Assembly (NCBI RefSeq): GCF_000737315.1
Contig: NZ_JMCB01000008.1
Coordinates: 124,001 to 188,000, forward strand
DNA: 64,000 nt
Direction of reading: 5' to 3'
Source: Hyalangium minutum
GTDB taxonomy: Bacteria > Myxococcota > Myxococcia > Myxococcales > Myxococcaceae
Position 1 is the first letter of the stretch; every line of letters starts with the position of its first letter. The notes below the pieces were generated by a model that ran no database searches, was not told where the DNA came from, and was given only the letters and a program-made list of their open reading frames with translations. This document shows, piece by piece, positions 31,729 through 41,791 of the stretch. A program made the position numbers and the translations under genes.

Positions 31729-33168
31729 CTAGAATTCGTCAGTGGGCTCAGCAGGATCCGACTGCGCTGGATTCTTCTGCCCAGGCGCCGCCTTCTGCGG
31801 TGCAGGTGCGTTCGGAGCGGAGGCCGGGTTCGGAGCGAGATCGCCGGTGGTGGGATCCTCCATCGGCTCGGACTTGGCGCCCGCGGGGTTGGCCCCCTGC
31901 GCGCCTCCGTTCTTCTTCATCTCCGCCTCCTGCTTCTTCTGGAGCTCCTCCATCTGCTTGGCCTGATCCTCCGCCATCTTGGCCTCCTTCTTGGCCTGGA
32001 CGACGGCCTCGGCCTCGCGCATGAGGCCGAACACGGGAGCCTCGGCGCTCAGCGCCACTTCATCGCCGGCCATGGCGACGTACTTCTTGTAGAGCTCCAG
32101 GGCGCGCTCGGGAGCGTCCTTCGCGCGGTGCAGGATGATGGCGCGGTTGAGGAAGATGGCGGCCATCTTCGGATCGAGCTTCTCCGCCTCGTCGTACTCC
32201 TGCATGGCCTTGTCGTACTGGCCCTGGCCCTTGTAGGCGACGCCGAGGTTCAGGTGCGCGGCGGCGTTGTTGCCACCGGCCTGGAGAATCTTGCGAAGGT
32301 GCTCCTCGGCGCCCGGGTAGTCCTCGGCGTCCAGCGAGAGCTGGGCCAGGAGGATGTGCGCGGGCAGATAGTCCGGGCGAACCTCCAGCGCCTTCTTGAA
32401 CGCGAGCATCGCGCCGTCCGGATCGCCCTCACCCTGGATGATGAGGCCCACGGTGTGGTGGAGCTCGGGATCATTCTCGTCGAGCTTCAGCGCGCGCAGG
32501 GCCACCATCTTGGCGATCGCGGGCTGCTTGCGGTCCACATAGGTGCGCATCATCACCTTGAGCGCGGTGGTGGACTGAGGGTCCCGCATGAGCGCGGCGC
32601 GGGCGAACTCGAGCGCCTTCACGAGATCTCCCGTCTGCCGGTAGATCTCCGCCAGGCGAGCGCGGCTGGCCGCGTCGTCCGGGAAGCGCTTGAGCACGTC
32701 CGTGTAGAGCGCCACGGCTCCGGGGATATCACCCTCGTTCGTCGACATGACGGCCAGGTTCTCGGAGGCCTGGCGCAGCGTGGGCTTCTTCTTGAGCGCG
32801 GAGCGGTACCAGTTCTTGGCCTCGTCCTTCTTGCCCTGGCGCTCGGCGAGGACGCCCAGGTTGTAGTCGGCCTCGGCCAGGTTGGGGTCCGCCTCCAGGG
32901 CCGTCTTGAACTTGCGCTCCAGCGACGGGTAGTCCACCGCCTTGGCCTTCTTCTGGGTGTCCATCGCCTTCACCGCGTCCTCGAAGAGGAGCTTGGCGCG
33001 GTTGGAGATGTTCACCGGCTCGGCCTTGGCGGGCGTCTTCGGGCCTGTGTTCTGGTTGGCCGCTGGGCCATTGGGGCCCGCGGCCGTGGAGGAGGTGCAG
33101 CCGGAGGCCAGCAGCGCCGCCGCCACGAGCCCCAGCGAGGTACGCAGGAATCGGGTGTGGTTGATCAT
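31729..33168 (-). CDS. gltE: TPR lipoprotein GltE (AglT)
   Basis: Lipobox LASGC, TPR repeats, 4-bp overlap with gltD. Confidence 0.88.
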   Translation of the reverse strand: MINHTRFLRTSLGLVAAALLASGCTSSTAAGPNGPAANQNTGPKTPAKAEPVNISNRAKLLFEDAVKAMDTQKKAKAVDYPSLERKFKTALEADPNLAEADYNLGVLAERQGKKDEAKNWYRSALKKKPTLRQASENLAVMSTNEGDIPGAVALYTDVLKRFPDDAASRARLAEIYRQTGDLVKALEFARAALMRDPQSTTALKVMMRTYVDRKQPAIAKMVALRALKLDENDPELHHTVGLIIQGEGDPDGAMLAFKKALEVRPDYLPAHILLAQLSLDAEDYPGAEEHLRKILQAGGNNAAAHLNLGVAYKGQGQYDKAMQEYDEAEKLDPKMAAIFLNRAIILHRAKDAPERALELYKKYVAMAGDEVALSAEAPVFGLMREAEAVVQAKKEAKMAEDQAKQMEELQKKQEAEMKKNGGAQGANPAGAKSEPMEDPTTGDLAPNPASAPNAPAPQKAAPGQKNPAQSDPAEPTDEF

Positions 33169-36100
33169 TGCAGGAAGTCCTCCGGCTCCTGGTCGTCGTT
33201 GGACGCCTTCTTCGGAGCCGCGCCGTCCTGAGCGACCGGCCGCTTCAGATCGGTCTCGGTCTGCTCACGCAGCTTCTTGGTCAGGTCGGTGAGATCCTCT
33301 TGGATCGCCTCGGTCTTGGCCTGCGCGGTGGACTCGTCCTCCACCACCGGCTCGGGAACGTCCTGGATGGCGGCCAGCAGATCGAGGCCCAGGGCCAGGT
33401 CCGCGCCCTTCTTCAGCGCGGCCTTGTCCTCTTGCACCGTCGGGTACTGCTCCGGAGCGTAGGTCTCGCGCAGCATCTTCAAGCTCTCGCGGGTGCAGTC
33501 GTTGAAGAAGTCCAGCTCCTGGCTCTTGGCCACGGCGCTGGCGAAGGCCTCGGTGGCCTTGGCCTTGATGGGCTGCACCTGGTTGTTGAACTCGTCGCGG
33601 ATGGCCTGCTCGGTCTCCGCGTCGATGCCCGGAGGCATGGGCGCGTTGGACACCTTGTCGGCCATCTCGTGGTAGGCGAGCCCGATGCGGTGCAGCGCGC
33701 AGATGGCGGGCTGCGGGGCGCCGAAGGACACCGTCTGGATGTACTTCTTCTGGACCACCTCGAGCGCGCGGCCCTTGTCGGCCAGCGAGTCCTTGAACTT
33801 CTTCGGGTCCGCCGGGCGGCCCCACGTCAGCTTCAAGCGCAGGTACTCGCGCCAGTCCGGATCCACGCTGAGGAACTGGGCCTGGGCCACGGGGGCCACG
33901 GCCGTCTTCTCCAGCCCCTGCTGCGTCCGCTTGGGCAGCTTCTCGTAGTACTCGAGGATACGGGTGTAGAGGCGGGCGGTGTCCTTGGCCTTCTTCAGCC
34001 TGTTCTCGAAGATGTTGACGATGCGGCCCTCGGCGGTGAGCACCTTGCTGGGCGAGCGGAGGTTGTCGCGCTCGTAGTCCTCCAGCATCTTCATGGCCTT
34101 GCCGTAGTTACCGCTCTTCTCGTAGAGCGACACGATGGACAGGAAGATCTGCTCCGCGTCCTTCGTCTTGGGCCACAGCTCCAGGAAGTGCTCACGGTTC
34201 TTGAGGGCCTGCTTGTACTGGCCCAGGCCCTCCCGGTAGGTGGCCGCGTTGAAGAGGGCCACCTGCGCCTTGGACTCGTCCCACTTCTGCTTCTCTTCCT
34301 TCTTCTCCTCGCCCTCGTCCTTGCCCTTGCCCTTCTTGGCCTTGGACTTGGGAGCGCCCTTCTCCGCGAGGCTGCGCTCGTAGCCCTTCACGTACAGCTC
34401 GTAGGTGCTCGAGGCCTGCTCGAAGTCGCCCACGGCCTCCTGCGCCTCGGCGTTGGCGTAGATGGAGTCCGGCACGAAGCGCGAGCGCGGGTACTTGGAG
34501 ATGAGGTTCTGGCGGACCTGGATGGCCTTATCCAGCTGCTTCGCCTTGTAGTAGTCGACGGACGCATTGTAGAGCGCCTGGTCGGCGATCGTCGTCTGCG
34601 GGAAGTCCTGGACGAAGTTCAGGTACGCCTCGGCGGCCTTGGAGAACTGCTTCTTCTCCTCCAGCTGGGCCACCAGCGCGAACGAGGACTGCTCGATGAG
34701 CTTGGACAGGTCCTCGCGGAACTTGCCCTTCGACAGCTGATCGTTGGCGTAGAACTTGCGGGCCCACTCGTTCACCTTCGCGAAGTCCTTCTGCAGGTTG
34801 TACGAGTCGAGCACCAGGTTGGCGGCCACCTCGCCGGCGCGCTCACCGTTCTCGAACTTGTAGTCCGCGTGGTTCAGCGCGATGTCGCTGAAGCGCGCCA
34901 CCGCGTCGTCGAAGTGGTTGTAGCGGTAGTAGAGGTTGGCGGCCTTGAAGGAGATCTCCACCCGCTTGTCGCCCTTGGGCAGGTACTTCAGATAGCGCTC
35001 GCACGCATCCAGCAGACCCTTACGGGGCTCGGGGATGGTGAGCTTCTTCTTCATGTCCGAGGTGTCGGGCGGCTTGAGCGCGCCCTTCTCCTCGGCGGCC
35101 TTCACCACCTCGTCATAGGCGAGCACCGCGTTGTAGGCGGCGTTGGCCAGCCACTTGCCGGGCTTGCCGGGCTTGGGGTTGCCCTTCTCGTCCTTGGCGT
35201 CCAGCACCTTGGCGTCCTGGAGGACAACCAGGGTGTAGTTGACGGAGGCCTTCTCGTAGTTGTTCAGGTTGTCGTTGAGGAGCTCCGCCCAGAAGAACCG
35301 CATGTCGTACGCCTTGGGGTTCTCCGGGAACAGCGTGAGGTAGTCGCCGTAGATGGCGTCGGCGTACTTGAACGTCCCCTCGTCACGCGTCTTGCGCGCC
35401 TCGTTGTGCCAGGTGACGGCGAGGTTGGACAGGGTGCGCTCGGCCAGCTCGTTGGCCTCGTCCAGCAGCTTCTTGTCCTTGTCCTCCTTGACGATGCCGG
35501 AGGCCTCCACTTCCTTGGTGATCTTCACCAGGCGGCGCACCTGGGCGACGGTGCGCTCCTTGTTGCCCATGCGCAGCACGCAGTCGACGATCCTCGCCTG
35601 GAAGCCCGGAGACTCGGGCGACAGCGGCTTCTCCTTGATGAGCGCGTTGTAGGTGATGGCCGCCTCGCGGTCCTTGCCATCGCCGTAGTAGAGGTTCGCC
35701 AGCTGCTTCATCATCGCGAAGCGGTCTTCCGGCTTGGTGGCGACCTTGCTGAAGTCGTCCTTGGCCGCCATCACGTCGCCGTCGCGGGCGTAGGTGCGCA
35801 CGTAGTCGGCGCGGGCCTCCTTCACGAGGCCGCTCTTGCCGCTCTTGCCACCGTCCTTCTCCGCGGCAGCGCCGGCCAGCTCGCCATAGAGGACCACCGT
35901 CTTGTACTTGTCCTTGGCGGCCTGGTAGTCGCCCATGTTGAAGTAGCACCAGCCCTGCTTGTAGAGGGCGTAGGCGTAGACCTGGCTGTCGGTGAACTCG
36001 GCGGCGCGCTTATAGGCCTCGAGGGCGCGCTCCAGCTCCGGGCGCTTGCCCTTCGAGTTGTTGAAGTAGTACTCGCCGAAGGCCAGCCACGCGTCCGGCA

Positions 36101-36734
36101 GGTACTTGGACTTCGGGTACTTCTGGACCAGGCGCTTGTAGGCCACCAGCGCCTTGCTGTCCTGGCCATCCTCCATGAGGAACTGGCCGAGGAAGAAGAG
36201 CACCTCGTCGGTGCGCTCGAAGTTCGGGTACTGCTGGACGATCTTCGTGTACTGCTCCAGGGCCAGCTTGCCGTACTGCTTGGACTTGGCCAGCAGCTCC
36301 GCCTTCTCCGCCTTGGCGCGCGACTGTGCTGCCGCGTCATTGCGGTTCATGGCCTTGATGAGGTCGTCGTCCTTCCGGTTCGCCTCGAACTCGTGGAACT
36401 TGGCCTCTTCCCAGTAGAGCTCGCCCAGGCGGAACAGCAGGCTCGGGGCCTCCGTCTGGTCCGGGGACAGCTCGATGATCTTCTTGAGCGAATCGATCTG
36501 CTCGCGGCGCTTGGAAGCCACCTGCGTCTCTACGCCCAGCCGGAACTGGTCGTAGTTCAGCGCGGGGGCATCCGCCTCTTTCTCCGCCTTCTTGCGGGAG
36601 ATGTCGCCGGCGAGGGACTTGTCGATGGTGGTGGCAGACTTCTTGCCGAGGTCCGCCTCGCGCGGGTTTTTCTTAGTCTGCGCGGACGCGACCGACGCCA
36701 GAAGCGTCAGGCAGATGAGGAGCGAGCGACGCAT
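33165..36734 (-). CDS. gltD: Periplasmic TPR gliding protein GltD (AgmU)
   Basis: GGAG RBS, ATG 36734, signal peptide ending VASA; TPR/BamD-like repeats; first gene of the cluster. Confidence 0.88.
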   Translation of the reverse strand: MRRSLLICLTLLASVASAQTKKNPREADLGKKSATTIDKSLAGDISRKKAEKEADAPALNYDQFRLGVETQVASKRREQIDSLKKIIELSPDQTEAPSLLFRLGELYWEEAKFHEFEANRKDDDLIKAMNRNDAAAQSRAKAEKAELLAKSKQYGKLALEQYTKIVQQYPNFERTDEVLFFLGQFLMEDGQDSKALVAYKRLVQKYPKSKYLPDAWLAFGEYYFNNSKGKRPELERALEAYKRAAEFTDSQVYAYALYKQGWCYFNMGDYQAAKDKYKTVVLYGELAGAAAEKDGGKSGKSGLVKEARADYVRTYARDGDVMAAKDDFSKVATKPEDRFAMMKQLANLYYGDGKDREAAITYNALIKEKPLSPESPGFQARIVDCVLRMGNKERTVAQVRRLVKITKEVEASGIVKEDKDKKLLDEANELAERTLSNLAVTWHNEARKTRDEGTFKYADAIYGDYLTLFPENPKAYDMRFFWAELLNDNLNNYEKASVNYTLVVLQDAKVLDAKDEKGNPKPGKPGKWLANAAYNAVLAYDEVVKAAEEKGALKPPDTSDMKKKLTIPEPRKGLLDACERYLKYLPKGDKRVEISFKAANLYYRYNHFDDAVARFSDIALNHADYKFENGERAGEVAANLVLDSYNLQKDFAKVNEWARKFYANDQLSKGKFREDLSKLIEQSSFALVAQLEEKKQFSKAAEAYLNFVQDFPQTTIADQALYNASVDYYKAKQLDKAIQVRQNLISKYPRSRFVPDSIYANAEAQEAVGDFEQASSTYELYVKGYERSLAEKGAPKSKAKKGKGKDEGEEKKEEKQKWDESKAQVALFNAATYREGLGQYKQALKNREHFLELWPKTKDAEQIFLSIVSLYEKSGNYGKAMKMLEDYERDNLRSPSKVLTAEGRIVNIFENRLKKAKDTARLYTRILEYYEKLPKRTQQGLEKTAVAPVAQAQFLSVDPDWREYLRLKLTWGRPADPKKFKDSLADKGRALEVVQKKYIQTVSFGAPQPAICALHRIGLAYHEMADKVSNAPMPPGIDAETEQAIRDEFNNQVQPIKAKATEAFASAVAKSQELDFFNDCTRESLKMLRETYAPEQYPTVQEDKAALKKGADLALGLDLLAAIQDVPEPVVEDESTAQAKTEAIQEDLTDLTKKLREQTETDLKRPVAQDGAAPKKASNDDQEPEDFLQ

Positions 36735-37013
36735 GTCTCTCCTGTGCCGAAGCGTTCGATCCTGGATGCTTGCCTGGCTGGCAAGTAGCCGGGACTCTTT
36801 GGGAATTTCCATTTGAGGGGGGCCACTATGCGCAGGGTCGAGAGGGTCGGTCAACTGAACCTGCTCGGCCGCTTTGGGGGTACGCGCACGCCGGAAATCT
36901 TCCAGAAGTGCTGTCCGGAATGCGTTGGGTAGGCTGCCATGTCGGACGGGTAGGTTATGGGTGGGGTAGCGCTTGACTGCCTGGCTGCCCTACCCTGCGG
37001 ATCGATCCGGATC

Positions 37014-37658
37014 ATGAGTCTCCTGCCTGAAGGCGCCAGTTTCGAGGAACTGGTGCAGGACTATTTTCTCGCGGTGCGTGGTGCAGGGCTGATGCTCTCC
37101 GCGCTGGACACCGAGCTTCTGACATCTTGGGCCCGAGAGGGCGTTCCCTTCGAGGTGGTCGCCCGCGGCATCACCCGTTCGGCGGAGAAGGCGCTGTGGG
37201 ATGTGAGGCCCGGGGAGCCGGTGCTGCGCAGCCTGCGGGCGTGCCAGCGGCAAGTGGACGCAGAGATCAAGAAGTACCGGGAGCGCAACGCGGGGGCTGG
37301 AGAGAGCCCGAAGAAGCGCCGCTCGCTCAGCTGGGAAGAGACGCGGCATGCACGGCTGCGGGCCTCGCTCGAGAAGCTGGCGGAGCAGCGTCCCGAGTTG
37401 ACCGCCCGGGTAGGCCAGCTGCTGGAGGCAGTGCTCGCCCGCGCGCCTGAGGAGCCAGCGCAGTTCGACGCCCAGGAAGCGCGGGTCTTCCTGCTGTTGC
37501 TGCGCTCCCTGCCCTTCCCCGTGCGCTGCCAGCTGTGGCGCGAGTCGCGGGGAGGCGGAGCTGAGTCCCAGGGCATGTCCACGCGATCGCGGCGGGTGGC
37601 GCGGCGGTTCCGGTTGCTGGCGCTCGTGCGGCGCTCGCTCGAGATGAAAGAGGGTTAG
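37014..37658 (+). CDS. Hypothetical protein with DnaD-like helical N-terminal domain
   Basis: LSALDTELLTSWAREGVPFEVVARGI; 4 bp from the DnaC-like gene. Confidence 0.65.
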   Translation: MSLLPEGASFEELVQDYFLAVRGAGLMLSALDTELLTSWAREGVPFEVVARGITRSAEKALWDVRPGEPVLRSLRACQRQVDAEIKKYRERNAGAGESPKKRRSLSWEETRHARLRASLEKLAEQRPELTARVGQLLEAVLARAPEEPAQFDAQEARVFLLLLRSLPFPVRCQLWRESRGGGAESQGMSTRSRRVARRFRLLALVRRSLEMKEG

Positions 37659-37662
37659 GGCA

Positions 37663-38670
37663 ATGGGGACACCTGAACGCCTGCTCAGCAGGTCGTCCGG
37701 CGAGGGGACTGCTATGGATCGCGCCGACATGGGGACCAAGGGCAGCGGCGGTGCGTGCGGGGTGTGCGGTGGGCGGACGTATCTCATCGAGCGGCAAGGC
37801 GATCTGGCGCATGCGCGGATCTGCGAGTGCTCGGTGCAATGCAAGGTGTGCGGGGGGCGCGGGCACGTGCTCGGCCAACAGGAGTCGACCTTCAGCAAGA
37901 AGGTGGGGCCCCGTACCTATGACGTGCTCATGCCGTGCTCCTGCACCCTGAGGCAGAAGCGCGTGGCCCGCTTCAACGCCGTGGGACTGCCCGGCGTGGT
38001 GGCCCACTCGAGCTTCGACAACTACATCCCCGCGAAGACGCAGCAAGACAAGGCCCGAAGCGCGGCGATGCACTTCGCCCACCACTACGAGAAGGCCGGG
38101 GGCAACAAGGGCTTCGTGCTGAGCGGGCCGGTGGGCACCGGGAAGACGCACCTGCTGGCCGCCACCCTGGCGCACCTGGTGCTCGAGGTGGGCGTGGGGG
38201 CCCGCTACGTGGAGATCTCCCTGCTCTACGCCACCATCCGGCGCGGTTTCCAGGAGGGCAAGAGTGGCGGGGAGATCATCGGCCCGCTGTCCGAGGTGGA
38301 AGTGCTGGCCATCGACGAGCTGGGCAAGGGGCGCGGCAGCCCATTCGAGATGGAGACGATGGATGAGCTGATCGCCCGGCGCTACAACGCTCACCGCACC
38401 ACCCTGTTCGCGACGAACTACTCGCTGGAGCCGGAGCGCAAGGCGACGCGCGCGGTGGCCGGCTACCACTCCACGGACGACGCGAAGACCACGCTGCGAG
38501 AGGCGGAGCTGCTGCGCGAGCGCGTGGGCGAGCGCATCTATAGCCGGCTCTGTGAGATGTGCACCTTCGTGGAGCTGCCCAAGGACACGCCGGACCACCG
38601 GCGCACGCGGCACGAGCTGGAGCCGCGCGGGCACCACGCCCACGCGAAGATTCGCGCCACCGGCCGCTGA
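37663..38670 (+). CDS. DnaC/IstB-like AAA+ ATPase with N-terminal Cys-rich zinc-binding region (alternative start 37714)
   Basis: CxxC, CxC, CxxC and CxC motifs; Walker A GPVGTGKT; Walker B LAIDELG; ATN; ERIYSRL. Confidence 0.85.
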   Translation: MGTPERLLSRSSGEGTAMDRADMGTKGSGGACGVCGGRTYLIERQGDLAHARICECSVQCKVCGGRGHVLGQQESTFSKKVGPRTYDVLMPCSCTLRQKRVARFNAVGLPGVVAHSSFDNYIPAKTQQDKARSAAMHFAHHYEKAGGNKGFVLSGPVGTGKTHLLAATLAHLVLEVGVGARYVEISLLYATIRRGFQEGKSGGEIIGPLSEVEVLAIDELGKGRGSPFEMETMDELIARRYNAHRTTLFATNYSLEPERKATRAVAGYHSTDDAKTTLREAELLRERVGERIYSRLCEMCTFVELPKDTPDHRRTRHELEPRGHHAHAKIRATGR

Positions 38671-38691
38671 CCCCTCCCCCGAGGCCCGAAC

Positions 38692-39018
38692 ATGACCGAC
38701 GCCATCGTCGTCCTCGTCACCGCTCCCTCGGCCGACAAGGCCGCGGAGCTGGCCCGGGCCTTGGTGGAGGAGCAGCTGGCGGCCTGTGGCAATGTCCTCC
38801 CGGGCCTGCGCTCCATCTATCGCTGGGAGGGGAAGGTCCACGACGAGCCCGAGGCCCTGCTCATCCTCAAGACGCGGGCGCCCCTCTTCGAGGCCTTGAG
38901 GGAGCGGGTGGTGGCCCTCCACCCCTACCAGGTCCCCGAGGTGCTGCGGCTCGACGTGGCCGGAGGGCACCTGCCCTACCTCGAGTGGATTGAGGCCAGC
39001 GTCCGGCCGCTCCCCTGA
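38692..39018 (+). CDS. cutA: Divalent-cation tolerance protein CutA
   Basis: LVEEQLAACGN, SIYRWEGKV, HPYQVPEV, YLEW. Confidence 0.93.
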   Translation: MTDAIVVLVTAPSADKAAELARALVEEQLAACGNVLPGLRSIYRWEGKVHDEPEALLILKTRAPLFEALRERVVALHPYQVPEVLRLDVAGGHLPYLEWIEASVRPLP

Positions 39019-39167
39019 TACGTCCTCAGCTCCCCGGGTCCCACTTGACTCCAAGGGTCACCTTGGAGCCTGCTTCTGTTCGCTGTAAGCAGTTGTAGCT
39101 GGGGGCGGATTCTCTGCCCCCTTGTGCTCGCGATACGCTGACCTGGTCCCCCTTCGTCTCCTTCCTC

Positions 39168-40247
39168 ATGGCTCCCATCCGAATTCTCGTGGCGGAAGGT
39201 TCCGCGGTCGCCCGGAGGGAGATCTCCCAGATGCTGGGCTCCGACTCGGAGCTGGAGGTGGTCGCCATCGCGCCCACCGGGCATATCGCGCTGGAGAAAG
39301 CCGAGCAGCTCCGCCCCGAGGTGATGGTGCTGGAGCTGACGCTGCCGGACATGAAGGGGATGGACGTGCTCAAGGCGGTGCGCCGGCAGTACCCCCGCCT
39401 GCCCGTGCTCATCTTCAGCGCGCTGGCGGAGAGCACCGGGAACATCACCATGGATGCGCTCGCCAATGGCGCGAGCGACTACATCACCAAGCCGACGACC
39501 TCCGGCGGTGTCCCCTTCCTGGAGCAGGCCCGGGAGCAGTTGATCACGAAGATCAAGGAGCTGCACTCGCGCATCCAGCCGGAGCCTCCGAAGGCGGCCC
39601 CGCTGCGCAAGCGGCACGAGCTGGCCAAGGCCCCCACCCGGCAGCCTCGCATTGGCGTGGTGGTGATTGGCGCCTCGACGGGCGGGCCCAACATGCTGGT
39701 CGAGGTGCTCTCTGCAATCCCCGGGGACTTCCCGGTGCCGGTGCTCATCGCCCAGCACATGCCCCCCGGCTTCACGAAGCTGTTCGCCGAGCGCCTGGAC
39801 ACACTGTCCCCGCTGCAGATCCGCGAGGCTCTGTCCGGAGAGCAGTTGCGCGCGGGACAGGTGTGGATTGCTCCGGGGGACTATCACATGGCGGTCACCC
39901 GCGACGGGCCGATGGTGCGGCTGCTGACGCACAAGGGCCCGCTGGAGAACTCCTGCCGGCCCGCGGTGGATGTGCTGTTCCGCACGGCCGCCGCGGCTTA
40001 CGGAGCGGGCGTACTGGCCGTGGTGATGACGGGCATGGGCCAGGACGGGATGAAGGGCAGCCAGGTGGTGAGCCAGGCCGGTGGGCGGATCATCGTCCAG
40101 GACCCGGACACGTGCGTCGTGGGGAGCATGCCGCAGGCGGTGCTCCAGGCGGGGCTGGCTCACCAGGTGGTGTCCCTGAAGAACCTGGGCCCAGAGATCG
40201 TCCGCCGCGTCCTGCAGACGCTGTCTCCGCACCAAACCGCCGGCTGA
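39168..40247 (+). CDS. cheB: Orphan CheB methylesterase with atypical receiver domain
   Basis: GASTGGP, QHMP, RPAVDVLF and GMGQDG are intact; receiver has EG for DD and E56 for the phospho-acceptor Asp. Confidence 0.9.
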   Translation: MAPIRILVAEGSAVARREISQMLGSDSELEVVAIAPTGHIALEKAEQLRPEVMVLELTLPDMKGMDVLKAVRRQYPRLPVLIFSALAESTGNITMDALANGASDYITKPTTSGGVPFLEQAREQLITKIKELHSRIQPEPPKAAPLRKRHELAKAPTRQPRIGVVVIGASTGGPNMLVEVLSAIPGDFPVPVLIAQHMPPGFTKLFAERLDTLSPLQIREALSGEQLRAGQVWIAPGDYHMAVTRDGPMVRLLTHKGPLENSCRPAVDVLFRTAAAAYGAGVLAVVMTGMGQDGMKGSQVVSQAGGRIIVQDPDTCVVGSMPQAVLQAGLAHQVVSLKNLGPEIVRRVLQTLSPHQTAG

Positions 40248-40365
40248 AGTTCAGCCCGGGGCTTGGACGTCCTGCCGCGGAGCAGCCGAGAGAGCAGGCG
40301 CGCGCGTACTCATGCATACCTTCCCCCCAATCGTCCCCACTGACGGAGGACGAGTTGGTGGGGCG

Positions 40366-41349
40366 ATGGAGACCATTCAGGTTCCAATCATCGGGTGGAT
40401 TGCCTTCGGCGTGCTGGTGCTGGGACTGCTCGCTGTGGATCTGCTGGCCCACCGGAAGAAGCACGGCGAGTCCAAGCGCAGCGCCATGGCGTGGAGTGCT
40501 GGGTGGATCGCGCTCGGACTGAGCTTCAGCGTGTTTGTCTGGAAGATGTTCGGCGCGCAAGCCGCGCACGAGTACCTGGGCGCGTGGCTCATCGAGAAGA
40601 GCCTGAGCCTGGACAACCTCTTCGTCTTCCTCGTCATCTTCCGCAGCCTCAGTGTCCCCGAAGACGAGCAGCGGCGCGTGCTGTTCTGGGGCATCTTCGG
40701 GGCGCTGCTGTTCCGGGCCCTGTTCATCTTCGCGGGGGTGGAGGCGCTGGAGCACTGGCACGCCGTCGTCTACGTGTTCGGCGCGATTCTGCTCGTCACC
40801 GCCATCCGGGTCGCCTTCGAGGACCCGGCGCGCCAGCGCGAGAGCTCGGTGGTGCGGTGGCTCTCCCACCGGCTGCCGATCAGCGCGTCGGTGGATGGGC
40901 CGCACTTCTTCACCAAGCAGATGGGGAGGCGCATGGCAACGCCGCTGCTGGTGGCGCTGATCGCCATCGAGATCACGGACATCGCGTTCGCGGTCGACTC
41001 GGTGCCTGCGGCGCTGGCGGTGACCCAGAAACCCTTCCTTGTCTACACGTCGAACGTGTTCGCCATCCTCGGCTTGAGGGCGCTCTACATCGCGCTGGCA
41101 CATGTCATCTCGGAGCTGCGCTACCTGCACTATGGGCTCGCTGCGGTGCTGGCGTTCGCGGGGCTGAAGATGATTGTTCCGGACCGCTGGGTGCACGTGC
41201 CACCGCTGGCCTCGGCGCTGGTCGTCCTCGTGTGCATCGGAACCGCAGTCGCCGCGAGCCTCTGGTCCCGGGCCCGGAAGCGCAGGCGTGAACAGAAGCC
41301 CAAGAGCCCAGGGCCGGGAGAAGCTGGGCACCGCGAAGTCCCAGTCTGA
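40366..41349 (+). CDS. TerC/Alx family membrane protein
   Basis: EKSLSLDNLFVF, VLFWGIFGALLFR, IEITDIAFAVDSVPA, TSNVFAILGLRALY. Confidence 0.92.
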   Translation: METIQVPIIGWIAFGVLVLGLLAVDLLAHRKKHGESKRSAMAWSAGWIALGLSFSVFVWKMFGAQAAHEYLGAWLIEKSLSLDNLFVFLVIFRSLSVPEDEQRRVLFWGIFGALLFRALFIFAGVEALEHWHAVVYVFGAILLVTAIRVAFEDPARQRESSVVRWLSHRLPISASVDGPHFFTKQMGRRMATPLLVALIAIEITDIAFAVDSVPAALAVTQKPFLVYTSNVFAILGLRALYIALAHVISELRYLHYGLAAVLAFAGLKMIVPDRWVHVPPLASALVVLVCIGTAVAASLWSRARKRRREQKPKSPGPGEAGHREVPV

Positions 41350-41377
41350 AGCCCGGCACGGAGCCGAGGGACGCGCT

Positions 41378-41761
41378 ATGAAGAGGGGCATGAGGCACGT
41401 GTTCCAGAACGGCGAAGTGCTGGCGGCCAGCCTGCTCGTGGCATGCGCCGTGGGACCTCGGGAACTGCGCGACGAGGGCAGCGAGCGCATCGAGGAGGCC
41501 ATGCGTCCGGAACCGCACCCGGACGTGCTCCCAGAGGGAATCTTCCTGGGAGACGATGCGCCTCCGCTCGCGCCCTCGGAGTCCGAGGTAGCAAGTGCCA
41601 CGGGAGATGCGCCCTCAAATGCCGAGCCTCCGCAGCCTGGGTGGCTCTACGGCACCGTACCTGTGATTGTTCCGGGTCCGGTGTTCGGTCCGTCTCCCGG
41701 CGCCGTGCGCTACCACATCGAGCCCAAGCCCGGAGGCAGCATCCCAGGTTTGCTACCCTGA
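41378..41761 (+). CDS. Short lipoprotein-like hypothetical protein (possibly a truncated toxin N-terminus)
   Basis: Lipobox-like LLVAC, acidic Pro-rich body. Confidence 0.45.
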   Translation: MKRGMRHVFQNGEVLAASLLVACAVGPRELRDEGSERIEEAMRPEPHPDVLPEGIFLGDDAPPLAPSESEVASATGDAPSNAEPPQPGWLYGTVPVIVPGPVFGPSPGAVRYHIEPKPGGSIPGLLP

Positions 41762-41791
41762 GCCTCCCTAACATTCTGGAGAGGTCTCCCC

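Noticed and set aside
33168-36788. 1206-aa ORF antisense to gltD
   Set aside because: Same shadow-ORF effect; no RBS or domain evidence
37663-38670. IS21 element suggested by the IstB-like ATPase
   Set aside because: No IstA transposase, terminal inverted repeats or target duplication nearby
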